Origin: an uncultured virus (IMG/VR IMGVR_UViG_3300047160_035018)
Taxonomy: Duplodnaviria > Heunggongvirae > Uroviricota > Caudoviricetes
Virus record (IMG/VR): IMGVR_UViG_3300047160_035018
Length of the DNA: 64,000 bases
Strand: one strand, 5' to 3'
In this document: positions 26,092 to 35,054 of the stretch, one piece after another
Numbering within the stretch: the first letter of the stretch is position 1
Layout of the letters: each line of letters starts with the position of its first letter
Notes under the pieces: generated by a model
What the model saw: the letters and a program-made list of their open reading frames with translations, nothing else
The model's database searches: none
Told to the model about the DNA's origin: nothing
Program-made: the position numbers and the translations under genes

Positions 26092-26621
26092 TCCGCCCCG
26101 TCCTCGTCTACCCACACCCCATGCTGCGCCGGACGTCCGAGCCCGTCGAGTTCGCGGAGCATCACCTACCCGGCCGCCAGCAACTCGCCGAGGACCTCCT
26201 CGACACGCTGGAGGACCAGCACGGCCTCGGCCTCTCGGCTATCCAGATCGGCGTCCCGCTCCGGGTCATCGCGATCGTGAACGGTGCGCACGGGCCCGAG
26301 GTCCTCTGGAACCCGACCATCTGCGGCGGTGGGGCGGGGCCATTCGTACGAGTCAAGGAGGGTTGCCTCTCGTTCCCGGACGTCTTCATCATGGTGCCCC
26401 GGTCTTCCATCGCCTCAGTGACGTATCAAAACGAACATGGCGAGGCACGCTGGCTCGACCTCGGCGGCACGGCCGCCCAGGCCATCCAGCACGAGATCGA
26501 GCACCTGGACGGCCACCTCCTCATCGACCACACGAAGGGCGCCCAGCGCCAACTCGTCGTCCAGCGGCTCAAGCGGTTCATGAGGAAGACGCGGAAGACG
26601 GGAAAGAGGGTTTCACTGTGA
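26088..26621 (+). CDS. def: Peptide deformylase
   Basis: All three motifs: GLGLSAIQIG, EGCLS, QHEIEHLDG. Confidence 0.95.
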   Translation: MIRPVLVYPHPMLRRTSEPVEFAEHHLPGRQQLAEDLLDTLEDQHGLGLSAIQIGVPLRVIAIVNGAHGPEVLWNPTICGGGAGPFVRVKEGCLSFPDVFIMVPRSSIASVTYQNEHGEARWLDLGGTAAQAIQHEIEHLDGHLLIDHTKGAQRQLVVQRLKRFMRKTRKTGKRVSL

Positions 26622-27052
26622 GTACCCGGCTGGTCCGCGTCGCATACTTCCCGGACACGAACCCACAGGGCGAGGAGTGGCGCCTCCGCGTCGAGTTCGA
26701 CCCCGAATGGGGCCTAGCCGTCATTGCCGACGAGAAGATGGCCTCCGTCGGCGGCGAGCAAGTCTCCGTGGCGACCACGCTGGAACTGACCGAGGAGGAG
26801 GTCCGCTGGACCCATAGCGCCCTCGGCGAACTGGTCGCCATGTGGGATGGGCCGCCGCCGCCGAGCAAGCCCACCCCATGGTGCACCAACGGAGCGCTGC
26901 TCTTGGGCTGGGTCTTCGACGCCGCCTCGGACAACCCTCGGCAGGCCGACTACGGCAAGAAGCGGCTCGCCCTCGTCGCCAAGGGCCACATGCCGACCAC
27001 GATCGTGCAGCAAAGGCTCGCCGAGAGCGCCAGCGAGAAAGAGGAGGAGTAG
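26618..27052 (+). CDS. Hypothetical protein
   Basis: GTGA-coupled. Confidence 0.55.
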   Translation: MSTRLVRVAYFPDTNPQGEEWRLRVEFDPEWGLAVIADEKMASVGGEQVSVATTLELTEEEVRWTHSALGELVAMWDGPPPPSKPTPWCTNGALLLGWVFDAASDNPRQADYGKKRLALVAKGHMPTTIVQQRLAESASEKEEE

Positions 27053-27159
27053 CCCACGTCTTCTTGGACGGCGCTAGAGAACGCTGATGTCGGCGGGCTC
27101 CGCCTGCTAGCGGCACTGCCTTCCTAGCGCTCCACTACCGCCGGTCTGATAGTAGGCGC

Positions 27160-28317
27160 ATGGGTTCCGACGCCTACTCCCCCCACAAGATCGTCCGCCA
27201 CCTCGACGTCATCCAGAACATCCGGGCGGGCGTCCCGGCCCGGCCCGTGCACGTTCAGCTAATAATATCAGATACTTGCAACCAAGCCTGCAGATTTTGT
27301 GCGTATCGGAACCCCGACTACTCGAGCTCCAAGCTCTTCTACGAGGTCCGCCCCGGGAAGGGCGGGCTCAGGCGCTCCGAGGCGCACCCGGAGCGCGACT
27401 ACAACCCGCGGCGCATGATCGACTGGGAGAAGATCAGGGAGATCCTCCTCGACTGCAAGGAGATGGGCGTCTCCGGCCTGCAACTGACCGGCGGCGGCGA
27501 GCCCACCGTCCATCCCCAGTTCCTCTACACGGTGGAGCTCGCGCAGAAGCTCGACCTCGCCGTCGCCGTGGTCTCGAACGGGGTCCAGATCGGCAAGAAG
27601 CTCGCCCAGGACGAGCGCTTCCTCGGCCTCTTCGGCCGGGTGTCCTGGTCTCGCATCTCGATCGATGCCGGCGACCACGAGAGCTACAGCCGGGTCCGCC
27701 ATGTGCCGCCCGACCACTTCGACTCGGCCTGGCAGGCCGTGACCAGGCTCCGCGAGGCCTCGGATGCGTCCAGGCTGGCGCACAAGCCCGTGGTCGGGGT
27801 CGGCTACGTCGTGACCCCAGACAACTGGCAGGGCGTTCTGGCGGGCACCCAGCGGGCCCGGGACGCCGGAGCCCACAACATCCGCATCTCGGCCGAGTTC
27901 ACGGTGGACGGGACGCGCCACTTCGATGGGTTCCGGGCCCAGGCGGCCGCCTTGGCCCGTGAGGCCGAGCTCGTGGCCGGGCCCGACTTCCAGGTCTACA
28001 ACCGCTTCTCCGAGAAGCTCGAGGACCTCCGCCAGGGACAGCCGGACTACCAGCGCTGCCACTACCAGGAGGTCACGACCTACATCGGTGGTGACCTCAA
28101 CGTCTACCGGTGCTGCGTGCAGAGCTACAACCCGACCGGCCTCGTCGGCTCGCTCAAGGAGATGCGTTTCCGCGACCTCTGGATGGCCGAGGACCGGGCC
28201 CGCGAGATGGAGCAGTTCGACGCCAGGGGCTGTGAGCGGTGCCAGTTCAACACCATCAACCGCAACCTCGCCTACGCGCTTGGCGCCGAGGGGAAGCAGC
28301 ACGAGGAGTTCCCATGA
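27160..28317 (+). CDS. Radical SAM protein with SPASM/twitch domain
   Basis: CNQACRFC, TGGGEP, RISIDA; C-terminal C..GDLNVYRCC..CERC. Confidence 0.92.
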   Translation: MGSDAYSPHKIVRHLDVIQNIRAGVPARPVHVQLIISDTCNQACRFCAYRNPDYSSSKLFYEVRPGKGGLRRSEAHPERDYNPRRMIDWEKIREILLDCKEMGVSGLQLTGGGEPTVHPQFLYTVELAQKLDLAVAVVSNGVQIGKKLAQDERFLGLFGRVSWSRISIDAGDHESYSRVRHVPPDHFDSAWQAVTRLREASDASRLAHKPVVGVGYVVTPDNWQGVLAGTQRARDAGAHNIRISAEFTVDGTRHFDGFRAQAAALAREAELVAGPDFQVYNRFSEKLEDLRQGQPDYQRCHYQEVTTYIGGDLNVYRCCVQSYNPTGLVGSLKEMRFRDLWMAEDRAREMEQFDARGCERCQFNTINRNLAYALGAEGKQHEEFP

Positions 28318-28508
28318 GCGTGGAGCCGTACAGTTGGGCCGGCGTCGGTGACGCCGAGCGCGCCGAGAAACAGGGCATGCTGGTCGCCGACCTCCTCGAG
28401 CTCGCCGACGAGCTCATCGTCTACGTGGACATGTACTTCGTCGAGAAGTGGAGGTTACGGGAGCAACTCGAGGAGTTGCGGCGGCGGGCCCGCGTTCCTA
28501 CCCCTTGA
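28314..28508 (+). CDS. Small hypothetical protein
   Basis: GAGGAG RBS, coupled. Confidence 0.55.
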   Translation: MSVEPYSWAGVGDAERAEKQGMLVADLLELADELIVYVDMYFVEKWRLREQLEELRRRARVPTP

Positions 28509-28533
28509 TCTCCGTTCCCGCCAAGATGGCGGT

Positions 28534-29124
28534 ATGGCCTTCCAGATCCCAGTCACCCTGACCGCCTACTTCCCGATCAACTCCGGCGTGGAGGGTGGTC
28601 CGAACGACTGCAAGGGTCGGCCTCTCATCACCCTCCAGCAGCACCTCGCCGACCCGCAGACCTATCCCTATGCTTCGGTGGCAGGCGACTGCACGATCTG
28701 GCCCGATGGGCAGCGCATCATCCTTCCCGACGTCAACCCGGATGCCGTCTTTCGCATCGTCGATACGGGCGGTCATTTCCACGGCCTGCCCTGCGATGCT
28801 GGTTGCACGCAGAGCCACTGCAAGTGCTTCCGCAACCCGGGCTATGAGCCGTTCGACGTCTGCCTTGACCCGGGCAGCGGGAGCATCTTCTCGACCTCCA
28901 CGGCCACGATCGTCGATGGCGACGACTTCGGCACGACGCTCTGCGGTGGACCCACGTGCATCAGCACATGGGACGGCCAGATACACCTTCCAGACTATCT
29001 CGCCGCGGAAGCCCTCGGTGTGGCAGCTGCCACCGGACAAGGACCCGCCGCCTTCCTCGCCAGCGCCGCGGGCGCGGGGCTCATCTTCGTCGGGCTCGCC
29101 TTCGCCATGCGCTCGATCGGGTAG
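28534..29124 (+). CDS. 3D-domain-like (MltA-type) putative cell-wall lytic protein with C-terminal TM
   Basis: TLTAY..EGG..SVAGD..RIVDTGG..FDV spacing of a 3D domain; Cys-rich inserts; TM tail. Confidence 0.6.
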   Translation: MAFQIPVTLTAYFPINSGVEGGPNDCKGRPLITLQQHLADPQTYPYASVAGDCTIWPDGQRIILPDVNPDAVFRIVDTGGHFHGLPCDAGCTQSHCKCFRNPGYEPFDVCLDPGSGSIFSTSTATIVDGDDFGTTLCGGPTCISTWDGQIHLPDYLAAEALGVAAATGQGPAAFLASAAGAGLIFVGLAFAMRSIG

Positions 29125-29132
29125 CACCCGAG

Positions 29133-29873
29133 CTAGATCGTGTTGTCTGCCCGCGGAGCCCGCGCAGCTTCGATCCCATCGATCTCGTCGACGTCGAGCT
29201 CCTTGGCCGTGAGGCCGCGGGTACCCTCGTACCAGACCCGGACGCCGTTCTCGATGCCGACCTGGACGTGAGCCGTCGCCCGCTCGGCGCAGAGGGCCGG
29301 ATCCCACGTGAGCGACCATGGCCGCTCCGCCTGAAACTCGTGCCGGCCGCCGGGGAGGACCCTGCAGCCGTGCGCACTACCGTCGTAGAGCGTGAACGCC
29401 CGCTTGTCGGAGTAGTTCGTGATCGAGATGGGCCCCGTGACCTCGCTCCGCGCCGTCGGCAAGAGGTCCTCGAACGTCCCGGCCGGCTTGCCGAAGCGCG
29501 GCGAGAAGTGGTCGACGACGCTGAGGAGGAAGGAGCGGGCCCGCTCGAGGTTGCCCTCACGGGCCCACCACTTCGACGTCGGGCCGATGGTCGGAAGGGC
29601 GGTGAAGACGGCGCCGGCGCGCGGCCTCATCTCGAACCAGCCGAGGTCCCGGAACCCGAAAGCCGTCGCGACCGTGCCCCGGCGGAGGAGGAGCACGAGC
29701 TTGCCCGCGAACCCCTCTTCCATGGCCTGCGCCCGCTCCTCGCTGATGGGATCGAGGACGAACTCCTCGGCGACCCGCCAGAGGCCCTGGCGCCCCGACA
29801 TGACGTCGAGGAAGTTTCGGACGTGGTTCGCATCGGCCTCCGGCATCGGACCCCTTATGATGAGGACCTCCAT
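29133..29873 (-). CDS. Hypothetical protein
   Basis: 246 aa, AGGAGG RBS. Confidence 0.7.
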   Translation of the reverse strand: MEVLIIRGPMPEADANHVRNFLDVMSGRQGLWRVAEEFVLDPISEERAQAMEEGFAGKLVLLLRRGTVATAFGFRDLGWFEMRPRAGAVFTALPTIGPTSKWWAREGNLERARSFLLSVVDHFSPRFGKPAGTFEDLLPTARSEVTGPISITNYSDKRAFTLYDGSAHGCRVLPGGRHEFQAERPWSLTWDPALCAERATAHVQVGIENGVRVWYEGTRGLTAKELDVDEIDGIEAARAPRADNTI

Positions 29874-29954
29874 GATGAACCTCCTTCCTCGATACTATCG
29901 GACCGGCGCCCGCTCGCCGTACGATCCCCACGTACGATCCTTGGAGGCCTTGGC

Positions 29955-30203
29955 GTGAACGAGGACTGGCCGTCGAGCCATGACGTCGCCCGGCAGATGG
30001 CCGACGAGGCCGCCCGCACGGCCAAGCAGCTCGGCCACGTCATGACGGGCTGGGTTGTGAAGGACACGACCTGGTACGCGAGGTGCCTCTCCTGCGACGA
30101 CATGGCCCACGTCCGCGGCGGCCGCCTGGGCCATGCCATCTCGGGCGCGGCCACGTTTCTCCACTGTCGGCCCAAGCGTCAGGTACCATCGGGTCTGAGA
30201 TGA
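29955..30203 (+). CDS. Small Zn-binding protein
   Basis: GGAGG + GTG; GH..CLSC..C. Confidence 0.6.
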   Translation: MNEDWPSSHDVARQMADEAARTAKQLGHVMTGWVVKDTTWYARCLSCDDMAHVRGGRLGHAISGAATFLHCRPKRQVPSGLR

Positions 30204-30213
30204 AGGGTCCGAG

Positions 30214-30549
30214 ATGAGCTCACAGGTCGACATCGCGGCGTATCCGGTCCTCATCCTCATGTTCGGGATGAGGGACTGCGACGCCTGCAAGGCCTACCTG
30301 CCGCGCTTTCAGACCATCGCCCGGCGCCATCCCCGCGTGCCCAGCTTCGCCGTCGACTGCGACGCACAGCCCGACGCCTCCGACCGCTTCGGGGTGAGAG
30401 AGACCCCCACGACCTTCTTCCTGTCCTACGGCCAGACGGTCTTCCGCTTCGCCGGTGAGGGCACGACCGCCGACGTCGAGAAGCTCTTCCGGCACGCCGA
30501 GAGCGTCGCCGCCGAGATCGAGCTTCAGGGCGTGGGGTGGAGGCGATGA
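30214..30549 (+). CDS. Thioredoxin-fold protein
   Basis: CDAC, AVDCD, FGVRETPT (cis-Pro loop). Confidence 0.88.
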   Translation: MSSQVDIAAYPVLILMFGMRDCDACKAYLPRFQTIARRHPRVPSFAVDCDAQPDASDRFGVRETPTTFFLSYGQTVFRFAGEGTTADVEKLFRHAESVAAEIELQGVGWRR

Positions 30550-30761
30550 TTCTGAGCCAGCAGATCTCGACAGGCCAGGAGACCGCCCACATGGTCGCCG
30601 AGACCATCGCCGTGGTCGCCGTCGCACCGTTCATGCTGTGGCTCGCGGCGCAGCCTACCCTGCCGACCTGGGCCCGGTGGGTCTCGGGCATCATCGGCGT
30701 CGGGACCCTGGCCGTCGACGGGACGCTCCTTTACCGCTACGCGACCGGGAGGACGGCATGA
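30546..30761 (+). CDS. Small 2-TM membrane protein
   Basis: GGAGG RBS; two hydrophobic helices. Confidence 0.7.
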   Translation: MILSQQISTGQETAHMVAETIAVVAVAPFMLWLAAQPTLPTWARWVSGIIGVGTLAVDGTLLYRYATGRTA

Positions 30762-31156
30762 AGCGACGCCGACGACCGCTTGGCTCTGCGACGAAGACCC
30801 ACGCCGAGGCCGCCGATCAGCAGATCGACAGCATCCGGTACAGCAACGAGTTGGTCAAGGAGCACCTGGACCACGACAACTGCCGTCTCGCTCTCGGTGC
30901 GCTGTTCATGGGCGCCAAGCACATCGGCGACTTCCGCACGCACAACTCATCCTTGCCCAAGGACCAACGCGAGGACCGGCGCGAGGAGTTCAACACGGTC
31001 GACAAGGGATGGTACAACAGCGTCGACGCCTACGTGGCCAAGTGCCAGCGCGAGACCGCTCGCGGCGCCGTCATCCACGACGAGGACGATGATCCGGGCG
31101 TGCGCCGGTTCCGCCGCGTCGAGATGGATGGCCCGGCGCGGCGGAGGAAGCGATGA
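30758..31156 (+). CDS. Helical protein with MKRRRRPLGS leader
   Basis: GGAGG RBS; layout resembles 13654-13971. Confidence 0.7.
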   Translation: MKRRRRPLGSATKTHAEAADQQIDSIRYSNELVKEHLDHDNCRLALGALFMGAKHIGDFRTHNSSLPKDQREDRREEFNTVDKGWYNSVDAYVAKCQRETARGAVIHDEDDDPGVRRFRRVEMDGPARRRKR

Positions 31157-31491
31157 GGCGGCGCCGGCGCGAGCTCGGGAGCGTCCGTGCCGCCGGCCCG
31201 GACGAGATCAACGGCGGCTGGGTCGACCGGTACACGATCGCCCACTTCGCCTCGGGCACGCTCATCCGGCTCCTCGGCAAGAAGCAGATCCCCTGGTGGG
31301 GCGCGCTCCTCCTCGGCATCGCCTGGGAGGTCGTCGAGCGGCCGCTCAAGGAGGTCTTCCCGGGCATGTTCGCGCCCTACGACACCCAGGATAGCCTCCA
31401 GAACAGCATCAGCGACGTCGTGGCCCTCATGCTGGGCTACGGCACCGTCGCCGCCATCGATGGCACCGACGAGGCTTGGATCCCGCGCTGA
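31153..31491 (+). CDS. Small membrane protein with MRRRRRELGS leader
   Basis: D..TIAHF, WEVVE, NSISD polar residues within hydrophobic helices (possible metal site). Confidence 0.7.
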   Translation: MRRRRRELGSVRAAGPDEINGGWVDRYTIAHFASGTLIRLLGKKQIPWWGALLLGIAWEVVERPLKEVFPGMFAPYDTQDSLQNSISDVVALMLGYGTVAAIDGTDEAWIPR

Positions 31492-31492
31492 G

Positions 31493-31810
31493 CTAGCGGC
31501 GCCGCCCGCGGCCCAGTTCGTCGAGATCCTTGGCCGTCCCTGCCTTCGCCGTCGCGACCACGTACTTGCGTACCGCAGTTGCCGCTCGCTTGCAGGCGAG
31601 CCCGTCGTCGCGCTCGACGGCGTGGCGCAACGTCTCGTCCGCCGACTGCACGATCTTGGACGCCTTCTTGTCGCGCAGCGCGCCCGCCTTCACCGCCAGT
31701 TGGCGCGCCACAAGCGCCTGGACGGCCACGTCGCGGAGACACGGATCGTCCAGGCGCCCGATCCAGGCCGGGAGTTCCAACTTCAGCTTGTCCAGCGGCT
31801 TGTGCGGCAT
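31493..31810 (-). CDS. Hypothetical protein
   Basis: Helical ORF convergent with 31153-31491. Confidence 0.55.
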   Translation of the reverse strand: MPHKPLDKLKLELPAWIGRLDDPCLRDVAVQALVARQLAVKAGALRDKKASKIVQSADETLRHAVERDDGLACKRAATAVRKYVVATAKAGTAKDLDELGRGRRR

Positions 31811-31867
31811 GACCCAGGATGTCATTTTGCTCTTGCATCGTCAAGTTGCAGCGTTCATGCTGTATGC

Positions 31868-32035
31868 ATGCCGCATACGGCGACCACCACGGTACCAAAG
31901 CGATCGAAGATGATCGCCATCCAACTCCGCGTCACGCGCGCCCAGCATCGCAAGATCCTGGAGCGGGCCACCGACGACGGGCGTACTATGGCCTCGTACC
32001 TCCGAATCCTCCTCAAGAAGGACGGTGCTCTGTGA
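31868..32035 (+). CDS. Ribbon-helix-helix DNA-binding protein
   Basis: IQLRVTRAQHRKILERATDDGRTMASYLRILL; GTATGC-N5-GCATAC palindrome at 31862-31878. Confidence 0.75.
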   Translation: MPHTATTTVPKRSKMIAIQLRVTRAQHRKILERATDDGRTMASYLRILLKKDGAL

Positions 32036-32562
32036 CGCGCGACATGAAGGGCCTCACCCGCAGTCGACCCGCGGTGCCGACGGCCACCATCTTCCTCGGT
32101 CGCACCGTCGACGCCTTGGCCCACGCCGTGGGGGTACGGACGCGCGCCTCGTGCGTGATCGGCTCCGACCTCACGGCCAGGGAGAAACGGGAGCGGACGT
32201 TCGGGAACGAGAAGGTTCTGAAGGTCGCCCGGAAGATCCGCCTCGAGCAGGCAGGCAAGGGCGGCGCCACCGTCGTCAACGCGCGCGGCGCCTACGAGAC
32301 CTTCAAGCCCGAGAACAGCTCCGTCGTGACCATCAAGGCCGCGACGGGCGAGAGCGAAGCCGTCTTCCGCCGTCGCATCGGCGAGCTCGCCGAGAGGCTG
32401 GCCTGTGGGCTCGCCCAGGCCGAGATCATCGTCGAGGAGCGCGTCGGCGCCCGCGTCTCCGAGCGTCGGGCCTCACCGAAGGGTCTGCCCGCACCCGATG
32501 CGCCCGGGTTCGAGCGGGCCGTGAGAGACCTCGGCCGGCGCTCTGGTAGGGTGGCACGATGA
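32032..32562 (+). CDS. Hypothetical protein
   Basis: GTGA-coupled. Confidence 0.6.
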   Translation: MTRDMKGLTRSRPAVPTATIFLGRTVDALAHAVGVRTRASCVIGSDLTAREKRERTFGNEKVLKVARKIRLEQAGKGGATVVNARGAYETFKPENSSVVTIKAATGESEAVFRRRIGELAERLACGLAQAEIIVEERVGARVSERRASPKGLPAPDAPGFERAVRDLGRRSGRVAR

Positions 32563-32750
32563 GCCTCGTCGACCTCACGCGCTTCCCCTACGTCGAGCTC
32601 ACGTCGATCCTCGGGACCAAGCAGATCATGACGCGCAAGGCCTACGCCGCGCTCCCCGCCGCTGCAGTGCGCGGGAGCCTCGCTCGCGGCTTGACGCGGC
32701 GGGACGTCATCGGGCGCAGCATGCGGCGACCCAAGGCGGTGCGGTCGTAG
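32559..32750 (+). CDS. Small basic protein
   Basis: Coupled ORF. Confidence 0.55.
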   Translation: MSLVDLTRFPYVELTSILGTKQIMTRKAYAALPAAAVRGSLARGLTRRDVIGRSMRRPKAVRS

Positions 32751-32756
32751 ATTCCT

Positions 32757-33482
32757 CTAGCGGCCCTTGGCCTTGCGATAGAGATAGACCCCGCCCAGCA
32801 CGGTCCCCGCCACGACGAGCACGCTGAGCGCCAGCTTCGCCGGTGATCCGAAGAGGAAGTTGATGATGTCTTCCAAGACCGAGGACGATGCGGTTGCCTG
32901 TTTGAGTGCCTCGAGTGTCGAGAGAAGCAGTTGTCGCGTCGTTGCGAAGTCTGCGCCCTGCTGGACCGAGACCTGCTGCGCGAGCGTGCGCATGTCCTGC
33001 AGCCGGTCGAGCTGGGTCATGAAGTTGTCGACGAGATGGAGCGCTGGTACCACCGCCGTTGCAGACGCCTGATCGTTCAGAGCCGTAGCCGCAGGATCCG
33101 TGGGATCTGCCGGCGTGAAGGTCTGCCCTGTCGCCTGCATCGCGTTGGCGACGGTTTGCCACTTCGACACCTCGCTATCAACGACCGAGGCAGCATCCAG
33201 CATGGACTGCGCCAGCGCGGCCGCATCGGCGGCCACCTGTGGATAGGACGCCTGCACGCCAAGGCCGTACGCTTGAACGCCGGCGGCCACGATCCGAATT
33301 TGGCCGCTGGTCGAGGCAAAGTCCGCAAGGTGAGACGAGATGACGCCTGCCCAGCACGTCATTCGCGGCCCCCAGAGATCCGTCCCGAGTGTCGCCGGGG
33401 CACACGCAGCGAGGAAGGCGCCCACGGTGGCGTCGTCGTGGCTCAGGCCGTAGCTGCTCATCCCATCTCCGAGCCGCATCAC
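32757..33482 (-). CDS. Helical protein with C-terminal TM anchor
   Basis: MMRLGDG start; TM LALSVLVVAGTVLGGVYLY followed by RKAKGR. Confidence 0.75.
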   Translation of the reverse strand: MMRLGDGMSSYGLSHDDATVGAFLAACAPATLGTDLWGPRMTCWAGVISSHLADFASTSGQIRIVAAGVQAYGLGVQASYPQVAADAAALAQSMLDAASVVDSEVSKWQTVANAMQATGQTFTPADPTDPAATALNDQASATAVVPALHLVDNFMTQLDRLQDMRTLAQQVSVQQGADFATTRQLLLSTLEALKQATASSSVLEDIINFLFGSPAKLALSVLVVAGTVLGGVYLYRKAKGR

Positions 33483-33664
33483 CGCCTACACGTCGCCGCA
33501 AGCTTGAAGAGCCCCGTGTTGAACCGCGGGTTCTTGGCCTGGTAGTAGGCAGCGAAGTCGTCGACCACGCCGGGCGTCGCGCAGTGGCGCTTCAGAATCC
33601 GCGCCGCGGCCTCGAAGTCCTGCTTGCTCGGCTCGCCGAGACCGCGACGGCGCCGTCGCTTCAC
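33479..33664 (-). CDS. Small protein with MKRRRRRGLGE leader
   Basis: GTG start; KQDFEAAA..NPRFNTGLF..A. Confidence 0.7.
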   Translation of the reverse strand: MKRRRRRGLGEPSKQDFEAAARILKRHCATPGVVDDFAAYYQAKNPRFNTGLFKLAATCRR

Positions 33665-33861
33665 CGGAGAACCACCTTGCCGATGAGGATGCCGACGCCG
33701 AGTGAGGCCGCCAGCGCGACGTAGGTGAGAACGTCCCAGCCCGCGCTCGGGCAGGCGAAGGTATCCGGCCAGCACGTGCCGTCGTTCTGATCCCAGTGGA
33801 GGCCCGCCGGGCACATCTGAGCCGACGTCGCCGGCGGTGGGGAGTACCCGAGGAGTTGCAT
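33661..33861 (-). CDS. Small Cys-containing TM protein
   Basis: MQLLGY; CPAGLHWD..C unit as in 12668-13654; C-terminal TM. Confidence 0.7.
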   Translation of the reverse strand: MQLLGYSPPPATSAQMCPAGLHWDQNDGTCWPDTFACPSAGWDVLTYVALAASLGVGILIGKVVLR

Positions 33862-34070
33862 CAGGTCACCACCGGCAGGATATGCGACGCCGCATCGCAG
33901 ATGAGCGTCAAGGGCACCTGGGTACCGCTGGGCAGCGTGGCGATGCCGGATGGGGCGATGGCGATCGACTGGTTGCCGCACGGGATGGTCACGCCGGGCG
34001 GGAGGAGGTAGCGGCTGACGAGGAAGCCAGCGACGCCGCCGCCGACGATGCCGAGAAGGAGCTTGCCCAT
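33861..34070 (-). CDS. Small N-terminal TM protein
   Basis: GAGG RBS; LLLGIVGGGVAGFLV. Confidence 0.7.
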   Translation of the reverse strand: MGKLLLGIVGGGVAGFLVSRYLLPPGVTIPCGNQSIAIAPSGIATLPSGTQVPLTLICDAASHILPVVT

Positions 34071-34094
34071 GGTCTACCTCACCTCCTCACCGTC

Positions 34095-34280
34095 TCAGCG
34101 GCACACGACGAAGGCGCCCTTGCGGTTCCGGCACTGGCGCTTGTTGTGAGCTCGGAGCTTCCGGTTGTCGCAGCGGAGGACCGTGGTCCAGTTCGACTTG
34201 GCGAGCACCGGTCCGCCCTTCCGCCGCCGCTTGAACGTGATGCGCGAGCAGTGCGCGCTGGTCTTCTCGGCCTTCGCCAT
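34095..34280 (-). CDS. Small highly basic Cys protein
   Basis: 61 aa, K/R-rich, 4 Cys. Confidence 0.65.
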   Translation of the reverse strand: MAKAEKTSAHCSRITFKRRRKGGPVLAKSNWTTVLRCDNRKLRAHNKRQCRNRKGAFVVCR

Positions 34281-34632
34281 GTCCTACCTCGCTCCGCGGA
34301 TCTGAGGCCGCGGCTGGGGGCGCGGCTGGGGCCGGGGCGCCGGCCTCGGTCCGCCGATCTGGCGGATGCAGCAATCCTTGCCCATGCCGAAGAGGCTACC
34401 GCGACGGGACCACGAAGGGAAGAAAGGGGAGCCCACCCCCTTTGCCACCCGCAGATGGCGTGGGCCTTCTCCTTCAATGTCCAGTGGCGGCGGGGTGCCA
34501 CTCCCGCCAGAAAGGCTCTCAAAGTGGATTGCCCGGAGGTCCCGCTCCGGTCTGTTCAGACTACCACGCCGGGCATTTTCCTTCATTCACCAGGGTAGAA
34601 GGAACTGCGGGCCATGCTCGCCCGCAGAGAGG

Positions 34633-35040
34633 TCAGGTCCCGCCGCCGCGGCGCTTGGCTTCGGCCGCCTCGTCGCGCTTCCGGCGGGCCTCGATCGCCG
34701 CCGGGTGCATGCAGGGGCAGGTCGAGCCATCGTGGTAGCGCCCGGCCCCGCGGAGGCGCTTCTCGCCGCCCGTCAGCGTCTCCTCGCAGGGGAGGCCGCA
34801 GGGGCCGTTATGGTCCTCGTAACGGATCCGCTCCCAGGACACGTGGCGGAAGTGCTTCAAGACCGAGTGCTCGAGACGGCTGGCCGAGCTCGCGCCCACC
34901 GCCTCACCGCAGGTCTTGCACTTCCCGCCCACGATTCTGATCCGCGACGCTTCCTCGTGGATGTGGTCCGGGATGATCGTCAGGCGCTGGCGGCGGGCCG
35001 GCTCCTGGCAGTTGTGGCAGCGCTCGATCTTGTCGGCCAT
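34633..35040 (-). CDS. Cys/His-rich hypothetical protein
   Basis: CHNC, CKTC, CPCMH. Confidence 0.65.
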   Translation of the reverse strand: MADKIERCHNCQEPARRQRLTIIPDHIHEEASRIRIVGGKCKTCGEAVGASSASRLEHSVLKHFRHVSWERIRYEDHNGPCGLPCEETLTGGEKRLRGAGRYHDGSTCPCMHPAAIEARRKRDEAAEAKRRGGGT

Positions 35041-35054
35041 GGCTCTATGCTACC

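Noticed and set aside
30758..33664. Arg-rich leaders as Tat or prepilin (class III) signal peptides
   Set aside because: No hydrophobic stretch follows the RR or the Gly; no RRxFLK consensus
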